Positions 9,289 through 17,005 of a DNA stretch of 37,726 nt are shown piece after piece. The notes beneath the pieces were generated by a model. The model worked only from the letters and a program-made list of their open reading frames with translations. It did no database searches and was not told the origin of the DNA. A program made the translations under genes and the position numbers. The stretch comes from Gaiellaceae bacterium (GTDB lineage: Bacteria; Actinomycetota; Thermoleophilia; Gaiellales; Gaiellaceae), in NCBI GenBank assembly GCA_041476065.1, contig JBGOSR010000001.1, positions 1 through 37,726 on the forward strand, given 5' to 3'. Numbering within the stretch: the first letter of the stretch is position 1; every line of letters starts with the position of its first letter.

Positions 9289-10347
9289 TTATCTCGCCGA
9301 AGCCGAGACGGCTTCCAGTCCCGGGGCGTAGCCCGCCAGAACGTGTCTGGCGACCGCGCGCGGGTCGTGTTGCTCCTCGACGAAGCGCCTGCCCTGCTCC
9401 GCAGCACGTTGCCGGAGCCCGGTATCCGTGACGAGCGCCCGAAGGTCATCGGTGAGGACCTCGGGGGTCGTTCGCACGATGGGCAGTTGCTCCCCGAACG
9501 GGTTGTCATCGGGCACGTCCTCTCTGATGTACGCGAGCACCGGCCGGCCGCACGCCATCGCCTCGACCGCAAATCCGCCGTACCAGCCGATCATCACCTG
9601 GTCGACCACGATGTGCGCCTGCCGCACGCGCTCGATCACCTCCTGCCGCGAGACGGACTGCACGAGGTCGAGCCGCACGGAGAGCCCCTCGCTGTCGAGA
9701 GCCTCGACCGCCGCGACGACGTGCTTCGTGCCCTTGACGTTCACGTCGGTCGGTGCGTGGACGACGACGATCTCGTCCGAGTCGGGCTCCGGCGACGGGA
9801 GCACGAGGCGCGGATCAAGGCTCGCATACGGACAAAAGGTCGCTCCGGGCAGCCATTCCCGCAGGTCCGGGTTGAGGTAGAACACGCGGTCTGCGAAGCG
9901 CAGCGCCCTGCGGGCAGCTTTCTGTCGGTAGCGGTCGAAGGCGAGGCAGTCGGGCCGTCCGCACGGGCAGCTCGCGGCCGGCCTGACGTCGGAGCCCTGG
10001 TACGTGACGAAGACGGTCTTGCCCAGGCGCTTGAGGAGCGCGAGCTCGTCGAAGACGTGGCCGAACTGGCGAACGGTCAGCAGCGTCAGGCCGAAGTTGA
10101 AGTGGAAGAGGTCGTACTTCCGGAGGGCGCGGGCCAGGAAGGCGCCCCTGCGCGCAAAGCGGAGCCAAACCGGTCGGTCTGTTCCCGCGCGGAGGTCGAT
10201 ATCAGTCTCGTACCCGAACGGGCCCGAGGCGACGACGGCGACGTCGCTCTGCAGACCGAGCTCGCGCTCCGCACGCGAGAGCCCGTAGGCGTGTCCACCG
10301 ATGTCGAGCGGCGCATGGAGGATCCGCGGCCATCCGTCTCGGCTCAC
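9289..10347 (-). CDS. GT-B fold glycosyltransferase (GT4/GT1-like)
   Basis: 352 aa, GTG 10347 overlapping the upstream stop (GTGA). C-terminal half: VVVHAPTDVNVKGTKHVV..VDQVMIGWYGGFAVEAMACGRPVLAY, typical of a GT-B nucleotide-sugar-binding domain. The N-terminal half is poorly diagnostic. Confidence 0.6.
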   Translation of the reverse strand: MSRDGWPRILHAPLDIGGHAYGLSRAERELGLQSDVAVVASGPFGYETDIDLRAGTDRPVWLRFARRGAFLARALRKYDLFHFNFGLTLLTVRQFGHVFDELALLKRLGKTVFVTYQGSDVRPAASCPCGRPDCLAFDRYRQKAARRALRFADRVFYLNPDLREWLPGATFCPYASLDPRLVLPSPEPDSDEIVVVHAPTDVNVKGTKHVVAAVEALDSEGLSVRLDLVQSVSRQEVIERVRQAHIVVDQVMIGWYGGFAVEAMACGRPVLAYIREDVPDDNPFGEQLPIVRTTPEVLTDDLRALVTDTGLRQRAAEQGRRFVEEQHDPRAVARHVLAGYAPGLEAVSASAR

Positions 10348-11594
10348 ACGACCTCCTCGATGAGCCCCGCCAGGCGCTCGACCAGCCGCGGATAGGAGTA
10401 GCGCTCCAGCACCTCGTCTCGGCCTTCTACTGTAGGCGTGCCTTCGAGGGCTGCGCGCAGGCTGAGCGCGATCGCATCGGGGTCGCTCGCCGAGGTCGCG
10501 GTCCCCGCGCCGGCGTCGGCGACGATCCGAGCCGCTTCGGTTCCTTCGCCGAGGACGAGAATCGGTCTCTTCGCGGCGAGGTACTCGAAGACCTTGCCGG
10601 TCGCCACGCTGCTCCGGCTCGCCCCTTCGGTCACGACGACCAGCATGTCCGCCGTGCGCTGGAGCGCCAGCACAAGCGGCCGCTCGAGCCAGCCGACGAT
10701 CTTGACGAGGCCGGCGAGATCCTCGGCGGCGAGCAGGTCTCGCTCGCGCGCAGACAACGGGCCCGCAAAGACGACCTCGAGCCGATCGGCCGTCTCCGGC
10801 GACTCGCGCTTGAGCCGTCGCAGCGCTTCCAGCAGCGGAACCGGACTGCTCCTAGCCGCCTCCATGCGGCCGGTGTGCACGAGCGAATGGCGGCCGGGGT
10901 CGAGCAGTTCGTCGGCACCGCCGGGCGCAGGCACCTCCTCCGGGTCGAAGCCGTTCGTGATCAGCACGGCGTGCGCGCCGAGCCGCTCTCTCAGGTCTGC
11001 GACGATCGGCTCGGTCACGCCGATCATCGCGTTCGCCTTCCCTGCGATCTTCCGCTCGAGCGCGGCGTCCAACCTGCGCTGAGCCCTCGACGGCCATGGT
11101 GCCCGCGGAGGCTCGAAGGTCCAGCCGTCGCGCAACTCGGCGATCCACGGCAGGCCGCGCCTGGCGAGGGCGAGCCCAACGAGATGGGCGGACTGCGGCG
11201 GCGAGGTCGTGATGACGACGTCGAAGTCTTCCTTGCGAGCAAGGCGAAGCGCCCGCGGCAGGACGAAGGGAAGCCAGGTGCCCACCGCGAGATCTGGCAC
11301 GACGAGGGACTCCAACCGGCTCGGCGGGCTGTATCCCGACCCGCCTCCGCCGCTCAGCGCATCGAAGTGGCGCCGCCTCCAATTGAGCCGCGTGGCGAGC
11401 GCATCGCGGGTGCGAACGACCTCGGCAGCCCCCTCGATACCCCCCTCTCCCGACGTGCGCGAAGTGAGGACGGTGACGCGATGACCGAGCCGGCCGAGGT
11501 ACTTCGCAAAGGCTCCGGCTCTCCGGGCCGCGATCAGGCCCGAGGGCGGGGTGAGCTGCGCAACGAGCAGGATCGACCTCGCCGGCACTGTCAC
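10344..11594 (-). CDS. GT4 family glycosyltransferase
   Basis: 416 aa, GTG 11594 (GTGA overlap). SILLVAQLTPPSGLIAARRAGAFAKYLGRLGHRVTVLTS N-terminal GT-B domain. LVHTGRM..VVFAGP..VKIVGW..EG.SRSSVATGKVFEYLAAKRPILVL. Confidence 0.8.
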   Translation of the reverse strand: MTVPARSILLVAQLTPPSGLIAARRAGAFAKYLGRLGHRVTVLTSRTSGEGGIEGAAEVVRTRDALATRLNWRRRHFDALSGGGGSGYSPPSRLESLVVPDLAVGTWLPFVLPRALRLARKEDFDVVITTSPPQSAHLVGLALARRGLPWIAELRDGWTFEPPRAPWPSRAQRRLDAALERKIAGKANAMIGVTEPIVADLRERLGAHAVLITNGFDPEEVPAPGGADELLDPGRHSLVHTGRMEAARSSPVPLLEALRRLKRESPETADRLEVVFAGPLSARERDLLAAEDLAGLVKIVGWLERPLVLALQRTADMLVVVTEGASRSSVATGKVFEYLAAKRPILVLGEGTEAARIVADAGAGTATSASDPDAIALSLRAALEGTPTVEGRDEVLERYSYPRLVERLAGLIEEVV

Positions 11595-12523
11595 TCGCCG
11601 TCCTCTGGTTTCGCCGCGACGGCGGTCAGGATGTCGCCGCCACCGGCCAGCGCGTTCACCAGGGCGCTCACCGGAGCGAGCGCGAGACTGAGCGCGATCA
11701 CGCCGTATCTCCCGGGGCCCCGCTCGAAGAGGCGCCGGCCGAAGACGCGGTACTGGAGGCTCCCCGGCAGTCCGTCGATGCTCGTCGACGTGGAGACCTC
11801 GAGCGGCTCGAAGCCCTCACGCCGCAGCGCCAGCTCGAGGCCGCGGGGCGAGAAGTGGGTTCGGTGGCGGGGAAGGTCGAGGTGGAACCAGCGCGCGCCG
11901 AACCGACGGCGCTGCCAGGAGCCGAAGTTCGGAAGCGAAACGAGGATGAGACCCCCGTCCCGCAGCAGTCCGTGCGCGACGGCGAGGTCGGCTGCGGGCT
12001 CGACCACGTGCTCGAGAGAATGCTGGAAGACGACGGCAGCGAAGTCGCCGGGAAGCTCGGCCGCAGCTGTCGTCAGCGTCCCGAGCACGGTGCGGACGCC
12101 CCTCTCCCTCGCTTCCTCACCTGCGGCCACTGACGGCTCGAGCCCCGTCACGTCCCAGCCTTGCTCCCGCAGGACGACGCCGAGGTCGCCGCGGCCGCTC
12201 CCGACGTCCAGGAGCCGACCGGGGCGCACCGAGCGAAGCGCACCGAGCGGAGGAGCCTTCAGCGCCCGCCGGTACCGCAAGCGGAAGAGCAGCGTGGCGA
12301 GCGTGCGCAACGCTGGATTCGCCGGCAGCCTGTGTGCGTCGTACGCCGCGGGGTAGAGCGCGTCGAGGTCCTCGGTTGCGACCGCCGGCATCGTCCGGCC
12401 GGTTCCACATTCGCGGCAGACGTAGACCTCGAACGCCCCGGGCAAGCCGTACAGCCGATCGGGGCCACGGAGCAAAAGCTCGGTCGGAAGCTGCGCTCCG
12501 CAGGCAGGACACGCGTCGCTCAC
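11591..12523 (-). CDS. Class I SAM-dependent methyltransferase with N-terminal Cys4 zinc ribbon
   Basis: CPACG..(26 aa)..CRECG zinc-ribbon pattern, then LLDVGSGRGDLGVVLREQGWDVTGLEPS (motif I), AAVVFQHSLEHV, LRDGGLILVSLPN. Confidence 0.85.
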   Translation of the reverse strand: MSDACPACGAQLPTELLLRGPDRLYGLPGAFEVYVCRECGTGRTMPAVATEDLDALYPAAYDAHRLPANPALRTLATLLFRLRYRRALKAPPLGALRSVRPGRLLDVGSGRGDLGVVLREQGWDVTGLEPSVAAGEEARERGVRTVLGTLTTAAAELPGDFAAVVFQHSLEHVVEPAADLAVAHGLLRDGGLILVSLPNFGSWQRRRFGARWFHLDLPRHRTHFSPRGLELALRREGFEPLEVSTSTSIDGLPGSLQYRVFGRRLFERGPGRYGVIALSLALAPVSALVNALAGGGDILTAVAAKPEDGE

Positions 12524-12524
12524 G

Positions 12525-13523
12525 TCAGGTGCGATTCGGAGCTCGTCGCGGCAACCCGAGTCGGCCGAGCCGTCTTTGCTCGGCGAAGGCCTCGCGAAAC
12601 GAGGCGAGGTGCCGGGTCGCCTCTCGGCGCTCCTGAGGAGCCCGGGCGTGGCGCTCGCGCGCCATGACGCGCAGGCCGTCGCGCCAGCCCCTCGCGATCG
12701 CGCCCAGGGCCGGGCGGCTTCGAGCCTGAGCGAGCGTCATCGCGTCGAATGCTCCCGAGGCGAGCACCGATACGACTACGGCCGGAGCCGAGAGGTGGCG
12801 CGCGGCGTTCAGCAGCCGGTTCCGGGACGACCAGTAGAGGCGAAGCGGCGACTGGTGTGGGCCCGAGGCATGGCCGCTCTCATGCCGGGAGGCACTGGCG
12901 GGGTGAAGCACGACCTTCCCGGGCACGCGCAGACAGTAGTCGGCCTCTTCTCCGTACATGAAGATCGGCTCGTAGAACCCGCCGAGGGCGAGAAAGTCGG
13001 CACGCCGCACCATCATCAGGCCGCCGCTCGCGGCCGCAACTTCGATCGGCGCCTCGGGAGCGGCCGAGCGGGGCATCCCCATCTGGCGTCCGTACGCCGC
13101 GGTGTTCGGCGCGAGACCGAGCCCGACCGATTCGAGCGTCTCTCCGTCCTCGGTCAGCATCAGCCCTGTCGCAACCGAGACGGACTCGTCCTCGAGCACC
13201 TCCCGGAGAGGGCCGTCCCAATCCTCCTCGACAAGGCTGTCGAAGTTGACGAACGCGACCAGCTTCCCGCGTGCGGCCTCGGCTCCGCGGTTGCAGCCGG
13301 CGCAGAAGCCGATGTTCTCGTCAAACGGGATCGCGCGCGCCTTCCCCCAGTGCGCGGAGACGTCCTCCCAGCTGCCGTCGGTCGAGCCCGAGTCGACCAC
13401 GATTCCCTCCACGCTCTCGGCTGCCGTGTTCGCAGCCAGAGCGCTGAGTGCGGCCGGCAGGCAGTCCGCGCCGTTGTAGTTGACCAGCACGACGGAGAGC
13501 TCGAGCTCTTCAGGGGCGCTCAC
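12525..13523 (-). CDS. GT2 family glycosyltransferase (rhamnosyltransferase-like)
   Basis: LSVVLVNYNGADCL..IVVDSGSTDGS..ENIGFCAGCNRG..FVNFDS..GGLMMVRR..FMYGEEADYCLR. Confidence 0.85.
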   Translation of the reverse strand: MSAPEELELSVVLVNYNGADCLPAALSALAANTAAESVEGIVVDSGSTDGSWEDVSAHWGKARAIPFDENIGFCAGCNRGAEAARGKLVAFVNFDSLVEEDWDGPLREVLEDESVSVATGLMLTEDGETLESVGLGLAPNTAAYGRQMGMPRSAAPEAPIEVAAASGGLMMVRRADFLALGGFYEPIFMYGEEADYCLRVPGKVVLHPASASRHESGHASGPHQSPLRLYWSSRNRLLNAARHLSAPAVVVSVLASGAFDAMTLAQARSRPALGAIARGWRDGLRVMARERHARAPQERREATRHLASFREAFAEQRRLGRLGLPRRAPNRT

Positions 13524-13555
13524 GCCCGCAGTTATATCGGGGTCGCTGCCGGAGC

Positions 13556-13930
13556 TCAGGCGGCGCGGCGATCGCCGTCTTCGGCGGCCTTCGAGCCGGA
13601 CTCGAGCAGCGCGAGGCGCTGTGCGAGCGTCTTGTTCTGCTCCGACAGGCGCGAGAGCACCGTCGAGTAGTGCAGGAGCACGACGAGCACGAAGAGGCCC
13701 GCGACCATGTAGAGCGCCGAAGGCGGATAGGCGACGCCGGCCGCATCGGCCAAGGCATACAGCGCTCCGCGCCAGACGGCGAGGACGAGCATGACGAGCC
13801 CGGTGACGATCCAGAGCAACGCGTAGCGCTCCTGGAGCCGTCGGCGGCGGATGAGCTCGATGACGACTCCGAGCACGACGAGGACGGCGAAGGCGGCGAC
13901 AAAGGTGAGGCGTCCGGAGGAGTAGGTCAT
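13556..13930 (-). CDS. Small membrane protein, DUF2304-like (copy B)
   Basis: 124 aa. ELIRRRRLQERYALLW..AYPPSAL..VVLLHYSTV..LSEQNKTLAQRLALLE, about two-thirds identical by eye to 8096..8461 over the core. 4-nt overlap with the upstream GT2. Confidence 0.65.
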   Translation of the reverse strand: MTYSSGRLTFVAAFAVLVVLGVVIELIRRRRLQERYALLWIVTGLVMLVLAVWRGALYALADAAGVAYPPSALYMVAGLFVLVVLLHYSTVLSRLSEQNKTLAQRLALLESGSKAAEDGDRRAA

Positions 13931-14634
13931 TTGGCGAGGGCCGGGCGCGGTCGCAGCAGCCCGACGAACAGGGCGAGCGAGACCTTCCCCATGTAGTAGA
14001 GAGAACGCAGGCCCGTGATCGAGGAACGGCCTTGCTCGCGATGTCGCATGACGACCGGAACCTCGGCCAGACGCAGCCTGTGCCGGAAGATGAGAACGGT
14101 CGCCTCGACCTCGGGGTAGTCGAAGGGGTACTCGTCGGCGAAGAGCTCGATCGCGCGCGCGTTCATCGCCCGGAAGCCGGACGTCGTGTCGGTCACGCGC
14201 TGGCGAACGATCAACGAGACGATGCGGGCGAAGACGCCGATCCCGACCCGGCGTGCGAGCGGCGCGCGATACGTCCCGTCGCCGGCGAAACGCGTGCCGA
14301 CCGTGACGTCGGCCTGCCCGGCGAGGATCGGCTGGAGGAGCTTCTCGATCTCACGAGGATCGTGCTGTCCATCTCCGTCGACCTGGACGGCGAGGTCGCA
14401 GCCGCGGCGCCGGGCCCATTCGATGCCGGTCTGCACGGCGCCACCGATGCCGAGATTGAAGGGGAGCGTCACGACCTCGGCTCCTGCGCGACGTGCAACG
14501 GCAGCCGTTTCGTCGGTCGAGCCGTCGTCGACGACAACGATCTCGAACTCGGGGTGAGACGCCTGCAGCTCGGCGACGACACCCGCGATCGAGCGAGCCT
14601 CGTTGAAGGCGGGGACGATGGCCGCTTTCCGCAT
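13927..14634 (-). CDS. GT2 polyprenol-phosphate sugar synthase-like glycosyltransferase (copy B)
   Basis: Start set at ATG 14634 (MRKAAIVPAFNEARSI). The 56-codon extension in the ORF track is G/R/S-rich and has no homologous counterpart in copy A. IVVVDDGSTDET..NLGIGGAVQTG..VQVDGDGQHDPRE..GTRF..TDTTSGFRAMN. Confidence 0.8.
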   Translation of the reverse strand: MRKAAIVPAFNEARSIAGVVAELQASHPEFEIVVVDDGSTDETAAVARRAGAEVVTLPFNLGIGGAVQTGIEWARRRGCDLAVQVDGDGQHDPREIEKLLQPILAGQADVTVGTRFAGDGTYRAPLARRVGIGVFARIVSLIVRQRVTDTTSGFRAMNARAIELFADEYPFDYPEVEATVLIFRHRLRLAEVPVVMRHREQGRSSITGLRSLYYMGKVSLALFVGLLRPRPALAK

Positions 14635-14665
14635 GCCCCCTGTATCGGCGGTTTCGCTCTCTCGC

Positions 14666-15466
14666 TTAACGTCCCCAACGAAGGCGATGCAGGGCGAGCT
14701 CGAGGGCTGCCGGGATGGGCCTGTAGCCCCAGAACAAGCGGTACCACGCCCGCCCGAACGGCCCGAGCCGAGTCTCGGGAGGACGGTCGTAGAGCCCGGC
14801 ATGCTTGGCGCGGAGCCTGCGGAATACCTGGCGGTACAAGCGCCTGTCGCGCCAGTGCTTCGAAGCCGCGTGCCTTCTGTACTCGACAGTGACGACGTCC
14901 ACCTGCTGCCCGCGCCAGCCCTTCGCCAGTGCGTGGACCCACTGCTCCCAGTCCTCGAGCTGCTCGAAACCCGGGTCGAAGCCTCCCGTCTGCTCGAAGA
15001 CCTCCGCCCGCGCGAGCGCGCTCAACCCGATCGTGTGGCGGTAGAGGAGCTCGTAAGGGTCGAAGGGCGGGAACGCGATCTCTCCTTCCCAGGCGCCGAA
15101 GAACCGCATCCGACCGTATGCGAAGCCGAGCGCCGGATCAGCCACAAGCGGTTCTCGCAACGCGTTCAGCGCCCCGGGCACGAGGCGGTCGTCCGCGTCG
15201 AGCACCAGCGCAAACGGCGTCTCCACCTTCGCGAGGCCGGCGTTCCGCGCCCGGGCAACGCCCTGGTTTGCCTGGCGCACCACCTCGACTTCGGGCGGAA
15301 GCTCGGGGAGCGGCTCGGTCGAGCCGTCGTCGACGACGATCACCTTCGCCCCTTCGGCAAGAGCGCTGTCGACGGCATCCCGGAGGTACTGCCCGTAGTT
15401 GAAGCAGGCGATGACGGCGGTGATGTCGCCGTTACCGCGACTAGTAGAGTCCGAGACGGTGTCCAC
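14666..15466 (-). CDS. GT2 family glycosyltransferase (first gene of the 13-gene minus-strand operon)
   Basis: ITAVIACFNYGQYLRDAVDSAL..VIVVDDGSTEP..NQGVARARNAG..LVLDADD. The only in-frame start is GTG 15466, which overlaps the divergent gene by 8 nt. Confidence 0.8.
   Translation of the reverse strand: MDTVSDSTSRGNGDITAVIACFNYGQYLRDAVDSALAEGAKVIVVDDGSTEPLPELPPEVEVVRQANQGVARARNAGLAKVETPFALVLDADDRLVPGALNALREPLVADPALGFAYGRMRFFGAWEGEIAFPPFDPYELLYRHTIGLSALARAEVFEQTGGFDPGFEQLEDWEQWVHALAKGWRGQQVDVVTVEYRRHAASKHWRDRRLYRQVFRRLRAKHAGLYDRPPETRLGPFGRAWYRLFWGYRPIPAALELALHRLRWGR
15445..15450 (+). promoter_or_regulatory. Candidate -10 hexamer TAGAGT, 8 nt upstream of GTG 15459 (leaderless geometry)
   Basis: Matches the TANNNT pattern in a rare A/T-containing patch. 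No room for a Shine-Dalgarno sequence. The same geometry recurs at five other unit-initial starts. Confidence 0.35.
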
Positions 15467-16235
15467 GACGCCGTCGGCAGTGAATCAGAAGGAGCGCGTC
15501 CGGGACTTTTGGGAGGAAGAGCCATGCGGCTCCGAGCACGTGGCGCTCCCGGAAGGCACGCCCGAGTTCTACGCAGAGGTCGAACTGACCCGCGACGCGC
15601 TCGATCCCTACATCCACCGCTTCGCGGACTTCGCCGGAGCCCGCGGCAAGCGGCTGCTCGAGATCGGTGTCGGCCTCGGAACCGATTTCGTGCGGTTCGC
15701 GCGCGCAGGCGCAATTGCGACCGGCGTCGACCTGACCGAGCGCGCGGTCGAGCTCGTCCGGCGGCGGCTCGAGCTCGAAGGCCTCCAGGCGGAGGTTCGA
15801 ACCGCCGACGCGGAGAACCTTCCCTTCGAGGACGGCTCCTTCGAGCGGGTGTATTCGTGGGGCGTCCTCCATCACACGCCCGACAACGCCAAGGCGATTT
15901 CCGAGGCGCTCCGCGTTCTCGGCCCCGGCGGCGAGGCCTGCGTGATGCTCTACGCGAGGCACTCCTGGGTCTCGTACGGGCTCTGGGTGCGCCACGCCCT
16001 CCTTGTGGGCCGCCCCTGGCGGAGCTTTGCCGACGTGCTCGCCTCGCACATGGAGAGCGAGGGCACGAAGGGCTACACGAAGCGGGAGCTGCGCCGTCTG
16101 TTCGCGATCCTGGAAGACCTGCGGATCGACAAGGTTCGAACCTCCTACGACGAGCAGATCGCGGGGCCGGCCGCAAGGCTCACGGGCGACCTCCTCGGCT
16201 GGAACCTCGTTATCCGGGGCCGCAAGCCGTACTAG
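15459..16235 (+). CDS. Class I SAM-dependent methyltransferase
   Basis: RVRDFWEEEPCG..LLEIGVGLGTDFVRFARAGAIATGVDLTERAVE..NLPFEDGSFERVYSWGVLHHTPD..LGPGGEACVMLY. Start is uncertain: GTG 15459 is preferred (candidate -10 box upstream, minimal overlap with the divergent gene). ATG 15399/15411/15423 would overlap that gene by 44-68 nt. Confidence 0.8.
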   Translation: MSTTPSAVNQKERVRDFWEEEPCGSEHVALPEGTPEFYAEVELTRDALDPYIHRFADFAGARGKRLLEIGVGLGTDFVRFARAGAIATGVDLTERAVELVRRRLELEGLQAEVRTADAENLPFEDGSFERVYSWGVLHHTPDNAKAISEALRVLGPGGEACVMLYARHSWVSYGLWVRHALLVGRPWRSFADVLASHMESEGTKGYTKRELRRLFAILEDLRIDKVRTSYDEQIAGPAARLTGDLLGWNLVIRGRKPY

Positions 16236-17005
16236 CCGCGCTTCACGGCCGCGAGGTAGTAGTCGGACGCGATCCGGGGCAGCCGGCGCCCCAGCTTCTT
16301 GTTGATCGTCATGACGCTCGGGAGCCCCGAGAACGCAAGGTCCGAGAACGGCCCGCAGAAGAGAATCGCCCCACGCGCCTCGACAACGTCGAAGCCGGCG
16401 CGATCGAGGATGCGGTGGATGGAGCGCCACGTGAAGCGCTGCTTGTGCGGCGAGTCGGCGAGCGTCATCGGCTCTGCCGTCTCGCTCCATTCCGCGTGCC
16501 GCGCCTTCAGGCTTCGGAGCCGACGCGCGAGCCTGCCCGAACCCGCCCGACGGTAGAGCCGGTCGATGCCTGTGCGATACCAGAGCAGGTTCTCGAGCTC
16601 GAACAGGCTGTAGCCGTTCGGAGTCGTCACGAGCAGCTTTCCACCCGGCACGAGCCGGTCGTGGATGAGCGCGAGCGAGCCGCGGAGCTCGTCGTCGTCG
16701 AGGTGCTCGAGGATTTCCGACGCGATGACGGCGTCGAACGGGCCGGGGAGCTCTTCCAGGTCGATCGTCCGGAGCGCTTCGACGTCGAGGCCGGCCTCGC
16801 GCAGGAGCTCGCGGCCGTGCTCGATGCTTCGCTCGTCGCGGTCGACGCCGGTCACGTCGTAACCCCACACCTGCAGAGGAATCGTGATCAGCCGTCCCGT
16901 GCCGCAGCCGAACTCGACGGCTCGGTCTTCGCGGCGTAGCTGGTCGCGGAGCCAGTGAAGCCGCTGCTGATGGCCGTAGATGTTCTCTCGCGGAATGACT
17001 TCCAT
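16232..17005 (-). CDS. Class I SAM-dependent methyltransferase
   Basis: Start ATG 17005 (MEVIPRENIYGH..), overlapping the wzx stop by 1 nt (TGATG). VEFGCGTGRLITIPLQVWGYDVTGVDRDERSIE, FDAVIASEILEHL, LVPGGKLLVTTPN. The upstream 50 codons in the ORF track are R/P-rich and overlap wzx. Confidence 0.85.
   Translation of the reverse strand: MEVIPRENIYGHQQRLHWLRDQLRREDRAVEFGCGTGRLITIPLQVWGYDVTGVDRDERSIEHGRELLREAGLDVEALRTIDLEELPGPFDAVIASEILEHLDDDELRGSLALIHDRLVPGGKLLVTTPNGYSLFELENLLWYRTGIDRLYRRAGSGRLARRLRSLKARHAEWSETAEPMTLADSPHKQRFTWRSIHRILDRAGFDVVEARGAILFCGPFSDLAFSGLPSVMTINKKLGRRLPRIASDYYLAAVKRG

Noticed and set aside
6047-13670. Plus-strand ORFs 6047..7453, 9343..10395, 10875..12356 and 12576..13670
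   Set aside because: All lie antisense to the tightly overlapping minus-strand operon, whose genes each have family signatures. All translate to R/P/E/D/G-rich sequence without motifs.
14603-16939. 778-aa plus-strand ORF, the longest in the track
   Set aside because: It runs through or antisense to three well-supported genes (GT2 14666..15466 and the methyltransferases 15459..16235 and 16232..17005). Its translation is a low-complexity R/P/A/G-rich string with no family motifs. This is a typical shadow ORF of very GC-rich DNA.
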